The translations under genes were made by a program, and so were the position numbers. From the NCBI GenBank assembly GCA_963662945.1, contig OY759974.1, positions 1,760,001 through 1,824,000 on the forward strand: a stretch of DNA of 64,000 nucleotides, written 5' to 3'. The notes under the pieces are model-generated. The model worked only from the letters and a program-made list of their open reading frames with translations, was not told the DNA's origin and did not search any database. Origin of the DNA: Arcobacteraceae bacterium (GTDB lineage Bacteria; Campylobacterota; Campylobacteria; Campylobacterales; Arcobacteraceae). Below, in pieces: positions 53,542-64,000 of the stretch (positions within the stretch are counted from its first letter, which is position 1; each line of letters opens with the position of its first letter).

Positions 53542-53898
53542 TTAGTTTGATAAAAAAACATTGTTATAATCATTGATTTCATAGCCTACATATAGTTTTT
53601 CTTCACCATTGAGACCATGCTCACAAATAGGTCTTTTTATAAGAGAGTTATTTTCCCATAAAAGTTTTGTTTTTGTTTTAGTATTGAGATTTGTTCCTTT
53701 TAAGTTTAAGTCTCTATATGCTTTACTTCGAGGATTAAATAACTCTTTGGCTTCTGTAAATTGAAGCCAATATTCTATTTTTTCTTGTGAGATAGGATTT
53801 TTATCAATATCTATAAAGTCATAATTGATGTTGTTACTATCGAAGAACTCTTTTGCTTTTTTTACACTTGGACAAGTTTTTATTCCATATACTTTCAT
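53542..53898 (-). CDS. ArsC/Spx/YffB family protein
   Basis: YGIKTCPSVKKA; LIKRP. Confidence 0.85.
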   Translation of the reverse strand: MKVYGIKTCPSVKKAKEFFDSNNINYDFIDIDKNPISQEKIEYWLQFTEAKELFNPRSKAYRDLNLKGTNLNTKTKTKLLWENNSLIKRPICEHGLNGEEKLYVGYEINDYNNVFLSN

Positions 53899-53986
53899 AT
53901 AATACCCCTTTAGAATTATTGAAATATATTATCAAAGGAAAATTTCATTTTAGTGACAATTATCCTTTACCACTTGATTATTTAAA

Positions 53987-55333
53987 TTACAACTTAAGTA
54001 TACCTGTTTCATTCAGCATTATCAATAGAACAGATATGGGAGCAATATACCTAATAAGAATAAGCCATACTTTAAAAAATCTTTCTCCCATAAATGGTAC
54101 AAGAGTATTTCGTATAAGTTGTTTATCCATAATATATCCAACAAATATAGCTAGTAAAATACCACCTAAAGGCATTAGGATTGCAGCGGTTATAAAATCA
54201 AACCAATCAAATAAATTTTTATTTCCAAATGTTAAACTTTCAGAGAAACTATTTGTATTTGAAAGAAGTGCAAAGATACCGATAATATAAAAAATAGATG
54301 ATATTGTGTAAGTAGCTTTTTTTCGAGAGATTTTTTTTCTTTCGACAAGATACATTACAGTAGGTTCTAATACTGAAATAGCAGAGGTGATAGAAGCAAA
54401 AGCTAAAGCAATAAAAAATGCTATAGCCATAATATTTCCAATAGCACCCATTTCATAAAAAATTGCAGGAAGTGTAATAAATACTAATCCTGGACCTTGA
54501 CCAGGTTCTTGACCAGCTGTAAATACAACTGAAAATATGATAATACCCGCAACAATCGCAATAATTGTATCAAGGGAAACAATTGTTATAGAAGCTTTTA
54601 CAATATTGATATTTCTATCTAATGATGCAGAATAAGAAAGAATAGTTGCCATACCAATAGAAAGTGTGAAAAAAGCATGACCAACTGCTATAATAATAGA
54701 ACTTGCATGAAATTTTTCAAAATTTGGATAAAACATAAAATCTAAAGCTTTTGTAAATCCTGAAAGAGAAATACTATAAAAAAACATTATTATAAGAATT
54801 ATAATTAAAGTTGGCATCAATAAGTTATTAAGTTTTTCAATCCCTTTTTTAACACCTTTTGAAATAGTGTAAGCAATTATTAAAAAAGCTAATGTATAGT
54901 AAAAAAGTTGTGTATATATATCATCTTTTAACATTGTGAGAAAGACTGTTTCCGCTTGAGAAGTATTTTGTGGTAGATTAATGACCGCAATAACAATATA
55001 GTTTAGAATCCATCCTACAACAATAGAGTAAAAAGACAATATGATAATACCTGTTAGAAATGTAAATCCAGAATATTTCCAGTATTTTTTTCCAGGAGGA
55101 GATAATGTTTCAAAAGAGGTTACAGAATCTTTATTGGTACTACTTCCCACTAAAACTTCAGCAATAAATATTGATAAACCTATTAAAATTACTGTAAAGA
55201 GATACACAAAGACAAAAATTCCACCACCATTTTCACCTGTAATATAAGGAAACTTCCAAATATTTCCCAATCCAACAGCACTTCCCGCTGCTGCTAAGAT
55301 AAATCCTATTCTTGAAAATCTATTGGTATACAT
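53987..55333 (-). CDS. Sodium-dependent transporter (NSS/SNF family)
   Basis: AAAGSAVGLGNIWKFPY; GPGLVFITLP. Confidence 0.95.
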   Translation of the reverse strand: MYTNRFSRIGFILAAAGSAVGLGNIWKFPYITGENGGGIFVFVYLFTVILIGLSIFIAEVLVGSSTNKDSVTSFETLSPPGKKYWKYSGFTFLTGIIILSFYSIVVGWILNYIVIAVINLPQNTSQAETVFLTMLKDDIYTQLFYYTLAFLIIAYTISKGVKKGIEKLNNLLMPTLIIILIIMFFYSISLSGFTKALDFMFYPNFEKFHASSIIIAVGHAFFTLSIGMATILSYSASLDRNINIVKASITIVSLDTIIAIVAGIIIFSVVFTAGQEPGQGPGLVFITLPAIFYEMGAIGNIMAIAFFIALAFASITSAISVLEPTVMYLVERKKISRKKATYTISSIFYIIGIFALLSNTNSFSESLTFGNKNLFDWFDFITAAILMPLGGILLAIFVGYIMDKQLIRNTLVPFMGERFFKVWLILIRYIAPISVLLIMLNETGILKL

Positions 55334-55348
55334 TTCTATCCTTTTTAG

Positions 55349-56404
55349 TTAGTCAAGCTCATTGTATAAACTATCCCTTTCAATTGGTTCAAAACCACTA
55401 TTTTTAATAAGTTCTATAAATTCTGATTGTTTCATACCATTTGCACTAGCTGCACCTGCAGCACTATTGATAGATTCTTTCTCAATGGTTCCATCTAAAT
55501 CATTTGCTCCAAATTCTTGAGCTACTAATGCTAATTTTATAGATGAAGTTACCCAATATGCTTTTAGACTTGGAATATTATCAAGAATTATTCTAGAAAT
55601 TGCAAATGTTTTAAGTATCTCTTGGGCTGTTGGGAAATCTGTTACTTTTAAAAAGTTATTCTCTTTTTGATATACAAGAGGTATAAATGAGTTAAATCCT
55701 CCTGTAATATCTTGTAAATCTCTTAATCGTAACATATGATCTACTCTATTTTCTCTACTTTCAATATGTCCAAAAAGCATAGTTGCATTTGATTTTCGTC
55801 CTCTTTGATGCCATAGTTTGTGTATTTGTATCCATTGGTCGGAACTTACTTTACCGCCACAAACCCTTTTTCGCACTTGTTCATCAAAAATTTCAGCACC
55901 ACCACCTGGCATAGAATCTACACCGTATTCAATCATCATATCTATAATTTCATCATAAGATTTATTGTACTCTTCACTTAAAAAATGAATCTCTGCTGCT
56001 GTGAGTGCTTTTACATGAAGTTGTGGATATTGTTCTTTTATTTTTTTGAAAATTTCAAGATACCACTCTAACCCTGTATTTGGATTATGGGCTGAAACTA
56101 TATGGACCTCTTTGATGCCATTTTTTACACTATTTTCTACGGTATTCATTATCTCGTCGTGGGTCATAGTATATTGATGTGGATTTTTTCTACTTGCACT
56201 GTAGGCACAAAATTGACAAACATCTTTACAAATGTTAGTTGGATTTATATGTCGATTTACATTATAATAAGTTTTTCTTCCAAATTTGTTTTCTCTAATT
56301 TTTGAAGCTATTTTTCCAAGCTCAAGAAGATCCATATCATAAAGTTTTATAGCATCTTCAAATTGTAATCTTGTGTTATTTTTTAATTTTTCTTCTAATG
56401 TCAT
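55349..56404 (-). CDS. mqnE: Aminofutalosine synthase (radical SAM)
   Basis: NICKDVCQFC; MPGGGAEIF; NATMLFGHIE; KAYW. Confidence 0.9.
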   Translation of the reverse strand: MTLEEKLKNNTRLQFEDAIKLYDMDLLELGKIASKIRENKFGRKTYYNVNRHINPTNICKDVCQFCAYSASRKNPHQYTMTHDEIMNTVENSVKNGIKEVHIVSAHNPNTGLEWYLEIFKKIKEQYPQLHVKALTAAEIHFLSEEYNKSYDEIIDMMIEYGVDSMPGGGAEIFDEQVRKRVCGGKVSSDQWIQIHKLWHQRGRKSNATMLFGHIESRENRVDHMLRLRDLQDITGGFNSFIPLVYQKENNFLKVTDFPTAQEILKTFAISRIILDNIPSLKAYWVTSSIKLALVAQEFGANDLDGTIEKESINSAAGAASANGMKQSEFIELIKNSGFEPIERDSLYNELD

Positions 56405-56406
56405 AG

Positions 56407-56616
56407 TTAATATCTTTTCTCTTTTCTTTTAATTTTATATTTTGGTGCATTGGCAATATCATATACATGTTTAGGTTCTTGTTTGTGTAAGGCTATGATA
56501 TCAATTTGAGTGTCTTTATAAAACCACCCTTCATTTCTATCTTGAAGTATATTATCTTTAAATAAATTTTTTAGTTCATCACTTGTAATAATTATTTCAT
56601 CAATTTCTTCAGCCAT
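56407..56616 (-). CDS. Hypothetical protein
   Basis: 69-aa ORF with AAGGA RBS, tightly packed in the operon. Confidence 0.6.
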   Translation of the reverse strand: MAEEIDEIIITSDELKNLFKDNILQDRNEGWFYKDTQIDIIALHKQEPKHVYDIANAPKYKIKRKEKRY

Positions 56617-56627
56617 GATATTTCCTT

Positions 56628-57497
56628 TTAAAAAGCCATAAGACCACTTGTTTTTGTCGATATATTAGAAATACTCCCTGTGATTATTTTTTCCATGAAT
56701 TTTTCCATTTCATCTTCTTTTGACCATACAGGTTTTTTCACATTGCTTAATTGTACTACTAATTCTTTTGCTCTTGAAATAGGTGCTACTTCATCTACAA
56801 GTTTGACCTCTTTTGCACCAAATGCAGTAAAAATATGCGCATCTGCATACTGTTTATGGTCTTCTTTTTTTAATTTTCTTGCATCTGCTACATAAGAGAC
56901 AAAAAGATTATATGTATTTTGAGTTACTTTTTCTAGTTCTTCTTTTTCCTCTTTTGTCCAGGCTCGTGTTGGTGTTCCAGATTCTTTGTAAACACCAGCT
57001 TTTACAACTTGAGATTTGACACCTATTTTTGCCATTAATTCACTTGCATCAACACTTTGCATAATCACACCAATACTTCCTATCATACTTCCAGGATTTG
57101 CTATAATTGTATTGGCATATAAACTTGCCAAGTAACTTCCGCTAGCCATAATACCACTAGCATAAGCTACTACTGGTTTTATTTCATTTAATTCTTTAAT
57201 AGCATAAGCAATCTCAACAGAAGGAGCAACTGCACCACCTGGAGAATTTACTTTAAATAAGACGCCTTTGATTGAAGGATCGTTTTTTGCTGTTTCAATC
57301 TTATCTAAAACTTCATCTGCAATCATTATTGGACCATTAAGTTCAATAATTTGAAGATTTGGACGTTCTAAATTTTGTTTATCTGTATTTGTTATAACAA
57401 AATAAAGGATAGTTAAAAATAAAACAGTTTTAAAATTGTTTTGTATAAATTGTATTGGTGCTGTAATTGGAAGAAACAGCTTACTTAAGAAGTTCAT
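56628..57497 (-). CDS. sppA: Signal peptide peptidase
   Basis: NSPGG; MASGSY; GSIGV; KAGVYK. Confidence 0.92.
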   Translation of the reverse strand: MNFLSKLFLPITAPIQFIQNNFKTVLFLTILYFVITNTDKQNLERPNLQIIELNGPIMIADEVLDKIETAKNDPSIKGVLFKVNSPGGAVAPSVEIAYAIKELNEIKPVVAYASGIMASGSYLASLYANTIIANPGSMIGSIGVIMQSVDASELMAKIGVKSQVVKAGVYKESGTPTRAWTKEEKEELEKVTQNTYNLFVSYVADARKLKKEDHKQYADAHIFTAFGAKEVKLVDEVAPISRAKELVVQLSNVKKPVWSKEDEMEKFMEKIITGSISNISTKTSGLMAF

Positions 57498-58713
57498 CGA
57501 CCCCTCCTATAAATGTATGATTTGTTTGTGATGTATGGAGAATAATTGCTGTTGCTAAATCATCTCTATCTTCAATAGAATCAGGAAGTGTAAAACTGAT
57601 AATATCTGCATCATATCCTTTTTGCAATATTCCTTTTTGAAGTCCAAGTGCTCGTGCACCACCACTAGTTGCTGCATGTAGAAGCTGTTGTGATAGTTGA
57701 TTTGGTTCAAAGTTAGTGTGGATAAAAATCGCATTTTTTAACTCTTCGAACATATTTAGAGTATGATTTGAACTTAATCCATCTGTCCCCATAGCAAGAG
57801 GAATTTCTTTTATATAACTTAAATTTAATGTTGCATTATTTAAAAGTCGATTTGAATTTGGACAATGAATAATAGAAGCGCCAAGATCATGTATTTGTTG
57901 TAACTCTTGTTCATTTGCTTCTACACAATGAGTAAAACTCAAGTGTTTAATATCTTTAAATTGATATAAAAAATCACTTGGTTTTGTTAATGATTGATGT
58001 TGATCTAACATATCTTTAAAAAAAGAGCTAAACTCTCCATCACTATAATTTAACCAATTGTTTTCAGCAGCACTTTCTTGAAAATGTGCAGAAACTGGCA
58101 TCTCTTTTTCTCGTGCTATTTTTAATACTTCTCTTATTAAAAAAGGGTGTGTTGAGTAAGGAGAATGTATAGCAATTGCTGGTATAAAAGTTTTTGAAGA
58201 GTGACTTTGTGCATTTTGAAGTTTTTCCTTGAAGTCTAGAAAAAGTGTATCTATCATTTCAGGTTTGCTTCCTAAAATTTCCGTAAAATAAATAACATTG
58301 ATAGGGGATTCTACACATGAGTCCATATCAAAACCATACGAACTAATTGCACCAATAGTTGTTGTTCCATTTTGTATCATTTTAGCTAGTTCATTATCGA
58401 TTAGTTGTTTATCTGCTTTTTCTATGAGTTCTTCTCTATTTTTAATAACTGAAAAAAGCCATTGAACAAAGTTTCCATATTTTAAAGTAGTTTTATTTGC
58501 ACTAAATTCTAAATGAACGTGAGTGTTAATAAGACCTGGCATAAGAACTGAGTTTGTTCCTAAATATTCAATTTTTTCATTTGGATATTTAATTTTAAAT
58601 CGTTCGTATGTATCTATATCAAGAATTTTTTCATCAAAACAAATAGCACCATCTTGAATGATAGTAAAGTTATCATCACAAGTAACAAGCCAATCTGCGT
58701 AGAAAAATTTCAT
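57481..58713 (-). CDS. mqnF: Amidohydrolase, aminofutalosine deaminase-like
   Basis: PGLINTHVHLE; HSPY; HCPNSN; GTDG; mqnE nearby. Confidence 0.75.
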   Translation of the reverse strand: MKFFYADWLVTCDDNFTIIQDGAICFDEKILDIDTYERFKIKYPNEKIEYLGTNSVLMPGLINTHVHLEFSANKTTLKYGNFVQWLFSVIKNREELIEKADKQLIDNELAKMIQNGTTTIGAISSYGFDMDSCVESPINVIYFTEILGSKPEMIDTLFLDFKEKLQNAQSHSSKTFIPAIAIHSPYSTHPFLIREVLKIAREKEMPVSAHFQESAAENNWLNYSDGEFSSFFKDMLDQHQSLTKPSDFLYQFKDIKHLSFTHCVEANEQELQQIHDLGASIIHCPNSNRLLNNATLNLSYIKEIPLAMGTDGLSSNHTLNMFEELKNAIFIHTNFEPNQLSQQLLHAATSGGARALGLQKGILQKGYDADIISFTLPDSIEDRDDLATAIILHTSQTNHTFIGGVDELLK

Positions 58714-58788
58714 GATATTATTAACCTCTTATTATATTTTAGATATTATACCAAAAATTTATAATTTACAATTAAAAGGGAAAAAAAT

Positions 58789-59283
58789 ATGAAAATTGCA
58801 GTTATTCAAGGGCCAAATCTAAACATGTTAGGTATTAGAGAGCAAAATATCTATGGACCAATGACATTAGATCAAATTCATCAACAAATGAAAGGAAGTG
58901 CTGAACAAAATGGTGTTGAGTTAGAGTTCTTTCAAAGTAATTTAGAGGGTGAAATTGTTGATAAAATTCAAGAGTGTTTAGGGACAGTTGATGGTATTAT
59001 TATTAATCCAGCTGCATATTCTCATACAAGTATTGCTATTGCAGATGCAATTAGTGCTGTAAATTTACCAGTAGTTGAAGTACATATTTCAAATATATAT
59101 AAAAGAGAAGAATTTAGACAAAAATCTGTAACAGCAACTGCAAGTTTAGGTGTAATTACAGGATTTGGACCATTTGGATACCATATGGGACTTATTGCAT
59201 TAATGCAAATTATTAGTGAAATGCAAGCTGCACATAATGCAAAACTTGCAGCACAAGAAAAACAACAAACAGAAGAAAAATAA
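58789..59283 (+). CDS. aroQ: Type II 3-dehydroquinate dehydratase
   Basis: [28 protein letters not shown]. Confidence 0.97.
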   Translation: MKIAVIQGPNLNMLGIREQNIYGPMTLDQIHQQMKGSAEQNGVELEFFQSNLEGEIVDKIQECLGTVDGIIINPAAYSHTSIAIADAISAVNLPVVEVHISNIYKREEFRQKSVTATASLGVITGFGPFGYHMGLIALMQIISEMQAAHNAKLAAQEKQQTEEK

Positions 59284-59286
59284 TTT

Positions 59287-60309
59287 ATGAAAAACTATAT
59301 TCTTCAAGATGAAAATGCTGTTTATTTTGAATGTGGATATAGTTGTGATAATGTTATTTTTTTAAATATCAGTGATGAAAAATATTTTATCACTGATGCT
59401 CGATATGAAATTGAGGCAAAACTTTTTGCAAAATCTTGTGAAGTGATTGTAACAAATGATTTAGTAAAAGCTACAAGAAAGATCCTGAAAAAATCAAAAA
59501 TCAAAAAACTTACTTTTGATCCAAATGATTTTAAACTTCTTACCTACAACTCTTTAAAAAATAATTTAGATGTAAAGTTTATTGAAAAACCAAATTTTTC
59601 AAAACTCAAAAGAATTATTAAAACAGATGATGAGATACAACTACTTAAAAAAGCTATGAGTCTAGGGAGAGATGGTTTTGAGAGATTTGCTTCATATATT
59701 CAAAAAGAGGGTTTAGGAAAAAGTGAAAAATATCTTTTTTTTAAAGCAAAAGAGTTTATGAGCAATACAGGAGAATTAGATTTAAGTTTTGATCCAATTG
59801 TTGCTATTAATGAAAATAGTGCAAAACCACATGCATTGCCTACTGATAAAATTTTAACTCAAAATGATTTATTGCTTGTAGATGCAGGGATAAAATATCA
59901 AAGATATTGTAGTGATAGAACCTGTACTTCAAGTGTAAACCAAAATATAAGTTTTAAGAGAAAACAAAAATTTCAAACTAAATTAGAGCAAAAAGTTTAT
60001 GATATAGTTTTAAAAGCACAACAAACAGCTATCAGTAAAGCAAAAGTTGGTATGAAAGCAAGTAAAATAGATAAACTAGCAAGAGATATCATAGAAAAAT
60101 CTGGATATGGAAAATATTTTGTTCATAGCACAGGTCATGGAGTGGGGCTTGACATTCATGAATATCCAACAATAAACAGTAGAAGTGATGTAATTATAGA
60201 AAATAATATGGTTTTTACAGTGGAACCAGGTATTTATTTAGGCGAGCAATTTGGTGTACGAATAGAAGATACTGTTGTTATGAAAAATGGTCGTGCTGAG
60301 ATATTATAG
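59287..60309 (+). CDS. Xaa-Pro aminopeptidase (M24)
   Basis: TDARY; HSTGHGVGLDIHE; TVEPG; RIED. Confidence 0.92.
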   Translation: MKNYILQDENAVYFECGYSCDNVIFLNISDEKYFITDARYEIEAKLFAKSCEVIVTNDLVKATRKILKKSKIKKLTFDPNDFKLLTYNSLKNNLDVKFIEKPNFSKLKRIIKTDDEIQLLKKAMSLGRDGFERFASYIQKEGLGKSEKYLFFKAKEFMSNTGELDLSFDPIVAINENSAKPHALPTDKILTQNDLLLVDAGIKYQRYCSDRTCTSSVNQNISFKRKQKFQTKLEQKVYDIVLKAQQTAISKAKVGMKASKIDKLARDIIEKSGYGKYFVHSTGHGVGLDIHEYPTINSRSDVIIENNMVFTVEPGIYLGEQFGVRIEDTVVMKNGRAEIL

Positions 60310-61214
60310 TGTCAAATATTGTTGTTTCATGTGATTTAGGTTCTAACTCATTTCGAGTGTTAGTGTATGATTTTTTAAAAGATGAAGCTATTGGAGATTT
60401 TGAAACAACAGTTGGAACCGCTGATGGTCTAAAACAAAGTGGCAATATTTCAGTAGAAGCTCTAGAAAGAATTATCAAAGCAATCAATCAAAGCATTGAA
60501 AAACTTCATTACAATCCACAAGATGTGATAGCAGTTACAACTTCAGCAATGCGTCAGGCAAAAAACTCCTCTTTTATTATTGAACAAATTCAAAAAAAAA
60601 CGGGTGTTTTATTTAGTATAATTAGTGGAGATAAAGAAGCAGAACTTACACTTTTAGGACTTCAATATAGTCTAAAAAAACAAAATATCAATAGTGAAAA
60701 TATCATTTTAGTAGATATTGGTGGTGGAAGTACAGAAATAGTATTTGTAAAAGATAATACGCCTTTATATAAAAGTTTTGAAGTAGGGATAGTGACTTTA
60801 TCTCAATCCTCAAATAAAGAGGAGATACTCAAAAACTTTCAAAATGAGGTTCAAAGTTATATTAAAACTTTACCTTTTGATATTCAAGTTTTACAACTTG
60901 TAGCAACAGCTGGTACACCTACAACAATTGCAGCACTGAAACATAATCTAAATTATCATACTTATGATAAACAAATTATCAATGGAACTAAAGTTTCTAT
61001 GGATGATTTAGTGTATTATAAAAATTATTTAGAATCAATTCCATTAGAAGAAGCAGAAATTTTAACAGGAACAAATAGAGTACAGTTTATAGGTTCTGGA
61101 ATTGATATATTTAGATTGATTTATGAAATATTAGAGAAAGAGTTTTCTGTAGTTTTTGATGAAGGTTTACGAGAAGGTGTTGCTGTAGAACAATTTTTAA
61201 AATTTAAAAGGTAA
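60309..61214 (+). CDS. Ppx/GppA phosphatase family protein
   Basis: DLGSNS; TSAMR; DIGGGSTE; GLREG. Confidence 0.92.
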   Translation: MSNIVVSCDLGSNSFRVLVYDFLKDEAIGDFETTVGTADGLKQSGNISVEALERIIKAINQSIEKLHYNPQDVIAVTTSAMRQAKNSSFIIEQIQKKTGVLFSIISGDKEAELTLLGLQYSLKKQNINSENIILVDIGGGSTEIVFVKDNTPLYKSFEVGIVTLSQSSNKEEILKNFQNEVQSYIKTLPFDIQVLQLVATAGTPTTIAALKHNLNYHTYDKQIINGTKVSMDDLVYYKNYLESIPLEEAEILTGTNRVQFIGSGIDIFRLIYEILEKEFSVVFDEGLREGVAVEQFLKFKR

Positions 61215-61226
61215 AAGAGAAAAAGA

Positions 61227-63197
61227 TTATTTCTTTTTCTCTTTAATAACTTCCTCAACCTCTTTTTCAAAAAGATCCTCTTGTCTCATTGAAATTCCTT
61301 TCATATGTGAAATAGGTACACAAAATGCAATACCATCACCACTTGTAGTAATATGAAGTTTTTTAATTATTTCTCTTATAATTTTATCCACAATCATAGT
61401 CGGTACAATAAATAACAGCAGCTTATCAGTTTCTTCTGGTTTATGTCTATAAAAGTTATCTAGTTCAGCAAGCCCCATACCTGAAGCATTCAGTATAGTT
61501 ACTCCACTTGCTCCTGCTTCTTTAGCTGCATGAAGGGCATCATCCTCTTTATCTAAAGGAACGATTACAATAACAGCAGAGAAAGCAAGATTCATAGAGT
61601 GTCTTAAGTCTGTAGCATCTAAGTTAATAGTTGAGAGTGTCATATCATCAACACCCTCTAAACTTCCATGCAGTTTTGAAATATGTTCTTTTCTTTCCTC
61701 TTTTGCTATTTCTGTATCACCTTTAATATGAAGTTTTTCAATAATGATTCCATAAGATAAAACTGTAATCATAGGAAATAGTGATGCAAATGCAATAAGA
61801 CCAAATCCATCAATGAGTGGACTTCTTCCATCGATGTTTGTAGCAAGTCCTATACCAAGAGCAGCAACTAAAGGAACAGTTACAGTAGAAGTTGTAACAC
61901 CACCTGAATCATACGCTATAGGAATAATATGTTTTGGTGCTATAAAAGTTAAAAATACTACAACTAAGTATCCAGAAATAATATAGTAATGAATGTGTCC
62001 ACCATCAATAATTCTAAAAGCACCGAGTGCTATACCAAAAGCAACACCAGATGCGACAAAAAGTCTTAATGACATATCATTTATTTTTCCATCACTTATC
62101 TCTTTTGCTTTTTTTGCGATAGCCATAAGAGCTGGTTCAGCCATAGTGGTTGAAAAACCAATAGCAAATGCAAAGGCGTAAATTATCCATACATTTCCAG
62201 CTTGTGTAAGTTGGAATGCCATAGATTCACCAAGAGCAAAAAGTCCCATTTCAAGCCCTAAGATAAATGCATAAAGACCTAGTATAACAAGTATAAAACC
62301 AATAATTACTAATTTTAAATTTTCTATAGATTTTTTTAGAATACCATATTGAAAAAAGAAAATAATTGCAAGAATTGGTAATACATCTCTAATTACTGCT
62401 ATGATTCCATGTGTTACAGATTCTACTGTAATTGTAGTAGATACTTGTGCTTTGGCTTCAATTATGACTGCTGCTACTTCTTTTGCTTCAACAAAGTTAT
62501 ATACAAAGATTCCATATATTTGAACAAATATCATAGGAGTAAGTGAAGCAAATGCAATAAGTCCAAAACCATCTATAATGGGGTTTCTTCCCTTGATTGT
62601 TGAAGCTAAACCAATCCCAAGTGCAGCAACTAAAGGAACTGTTACTGTAGAAGTAGTAACACCCCCTAAGTCATAAGCAAGACCAATAATCTCTTTTGGT
62701 GCAAAAAATGTAACACTAACTACAGCTATATAACCACCAATAATGTAGTAGTGAATAGGGTGACCTTTAATAATCCTATACACACCAAGTAAAATTGCAA
62801 AACCTACAGATAAGGCAACTACATATCGTAAAGTATTTGCATCAATTCTGCCACTACTAATAGCAGCAGCTTTATCTGCAATAACAGAAAGGGCAGGTTC
62901 TGCAATTGTAGTACCAAAACCAATAGCAAAAGCAAAAACCATGATCCACATAGTAGAACCACTTTTTGCAAAATCTCTTGCTAGACCCTCTCCTACTGGG
63001 AATATACCTATTTCTAAACCTTGTAAAAATATAGCAAGTCCAATACCTACTATAATCATACCAACTGTCGTGGGGATCCAATCCTCTGGAATAGTTTGCA
63101 AAATTGCTAACTGAAAAAATAGTATTACTAATACTATAGGGATTAAATCTCTAAAAGACTCTTTTAAAAGTCTTAGAAAAAAATAAAATTGTGTCAT
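61227..63197 (-). CDS. Tandem DUF1538 membrane protein fused to a C-terminal P-II-like domain
   Basis: Twice-repeated TxAEPAL / [15 protein letters not shown] / [11 protein letters not shown]-terminal AGASGVT..GDGIAF. Confidence 0.82.
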   Translation of the reverse strand: MTQFYFFLRLLKESFRDLIPIVLVILFFQLAILQTIPEDWIPTTVGMIIVGIGLAIFLQGLEIGIFPVGEGLARDFAKSGSTMWIMVFAFAIGFGTTIAEPALSVIADKAAAISSGRIDANTLRYVVALSVGFAILLGVYRIIKGHPIHYYIIGGYIAVVSVTFFAPKEIIGLAYDLGGVTTSTVTVPLVAALGIGLASTIKGRNPIIDGFGLIAFASLTPMIFVQIYGIFVYNFVEAKEVAAVIIEAKAQVSTTITVESVTHGIIAVIRDVLPILAIIFFFQYGILKKSIENLKLVIIGFILVILGLYAFILGLEMGLFALGESMAFQLTQAGNVWIIYAFAFAIGFSTTMAEPALMAIAKKAKEISDGKINDMSLRLFVASGVAFGIALGAFRIIDGGHIHYYIISGYLVVVFLTFIAPKHIIPIAYDSGGVTTSTVTVPLVAALGIGLATNIDGRSPLIDGFGLIAFASLFPMITVLSYGIIIEKLHIKGDTEIAKEERKEHISKLHGSLEGVDDMTLSTINLDATDLRHSMNLAFSAVIVIVPLDKEDDALHAAKEAGASGVTILNASGMGLAELDNFYRHKPEETDKLLLFIVPTMIVDKIIREIIKKLHITTSGDGIAFCVPISHMKGISMRQEDLFEKEVEEVIKEKKK

Positions 63198-63240
63198 TAC
63201 ACTTCCTTAACTAAAATAATCAAGGGGATTATAACAAATT

Positions 63241-63945
63241 TTATATTATTTCTGAGATAAGTTTTTTAAACTCACGGAGATCGTGATCATAACCTAACAT
63301 TACAATCGTATCTCCTGCATCAACTTTATGATTAATCCCAGTTGAGAAAAAAATAAATTTATCACTAAGCTCTTTATCTTGAATACCTAAAATAATAATA
63401 TTATTTTTATGTATTTTTTTTAAATCTTCTAAATAAATACCATCAAAAATAGAATTTTTTAGTATGGTGAATTCTGCAATTTCTATATTTGAAGAACTAA
63501 ATAAAATGTTGTCTAAAATATCTTGTATTACAGGTTTATGTAATGAACGAAATATTCTCATAGCTCCTATTTCTGAAGGATTAATAGTTTTATTTGCACC
63601 TGCTAAGAGTAGAGTTTTATTATCTTCTTTTGTTGAAGATAAAGAGATGATTTTTATATTTTGATTAATATTTCGTACACTTAATGTGATAAATAAATTT
63701 GTGTTTTTGTTGCTTCCCAAACAAAAAAATGCTTTAATATCATCTTTATCTAGTCCTGCTTCAATAATATGTTCATCATCCATTAAAGAAAGCTCTTTTG
63801 TTTCAAATCCAAGTTTTTTCGCTTCTAAAACTAATGTTTCATCATCTTCAATAATAATAATATGGTAGTTTTTTTGACGTAATGTAGTTGCTATTTTAGA
63901 AGCTATTTGACTAAAGCTATAAATAATAATTTTGTTTTTATTCAT
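63241..63945 (-). CDS. TrkA-N/TrkA-C (RCK) domain protein
   Basis: EAGLD; NLFITLSVR; AGANKTINP; C-terminal RCK_C GDTIVMLG. Confidence 0.8.
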   Translation of the reverse strand: MNKNKIIIYSFSQIASKIATTLRQKNYHIIIIEDDETLVLEAKKLGFETKELSLMDDEHIIEAGLDKDDIKAFFCLGSNKNTNLFITLSVRNINQNIKIISLSSTKEDNKTLLLAGANKTINPSEIGAMRIFRSLHKPVIQDILDNILFSSSNIEIAEFTILKNSIFDGIYLEDLKKIHKNNIIILGIQDKELSDKFIFFSTGINHKVDAGDTIVMLGYDHDLREFKKLISEII

Positions 63946-63999
63946 TTATTTGTCCTGCTTTGTTTGAGTAGGTAATATTTTTTCAGAGATTTTTTTTCT
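63946..63999 (-). CDS. 3' end of an upstream CDS truncated by the window edge (product unknown)
   Basis: Open frame RKKISEKILPTQTKQDK* whose TAA abuts the ATG of the TrkA gene. Confidence 0.5.
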   Translation of the reverse strand, partial: RKKISEKILPTQTKQDK

Positions 64000-64000
64000 C

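Noticed and set aside
53542-53898. Second ArsC-family gene near the ars locus
   Set aside because: YffB/Spx-like type in a housekeeping operon; no evidence of an arsenic role
60592-60600. A9 homopolymer in the ppx gene and similar A/T runs
   Set aside because: Frames are intact and such runs are common at this AT content; no poly-G phase-variation tracts seen
1189-63868. Many short antisense or alternate-frame ORFs (e.g. 16107-16568, 15585-15926, 44148-44519, 53853-54290)
   Set aside because: Shadow ORFs overlapping well-supported genes, with no recognisable motifs
1-64000. Search for tRNA, rRNA, CRISPR arrays, IS elements, integrases and defence systems
   Set aside because: None recognisable; intergenic gaps are short and lack repeat-spacer periodicity

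Overview
Very AT-rich chromosomal window from a Campylobacterota bacterium, most likely Arcobacteraceae (inferred from gene content and order). Housekeeping blocks include slt, hemA, mnmA-folE, the S10-spc ribosomal cluster (rpsJ to infA), serB/metF/ruvX/acpS, mqnE/mqnF/sppA and aroQ/pepP/ppx. These flank a signalling- and stress-rich middle section. That section holds a CetAB-type energy-taxis pair with c-di-GMP enzymes, an uncharacterised ABC/LolA-like/outer-membrane operon, and a receptor-less CheA-like kinase operon (CheX, CheY, diguanylate cyclase, hybrid kinase). It also holds an arsenic-resistance locus headed by a degenerate exported MBL-fold gene under an ArsR box. Other notable items are a small HTH gene with two 19-bp palindromic operators facing a catalytically degenerate UDG, structured 5' leaders ahead of rpsJ and sulP, and a double-DUF1538/P-II fusion. 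I saw no rRNA, tRNA, CRISPR array or transposase. All calls rest on motif recognition by eye, with no database searches.
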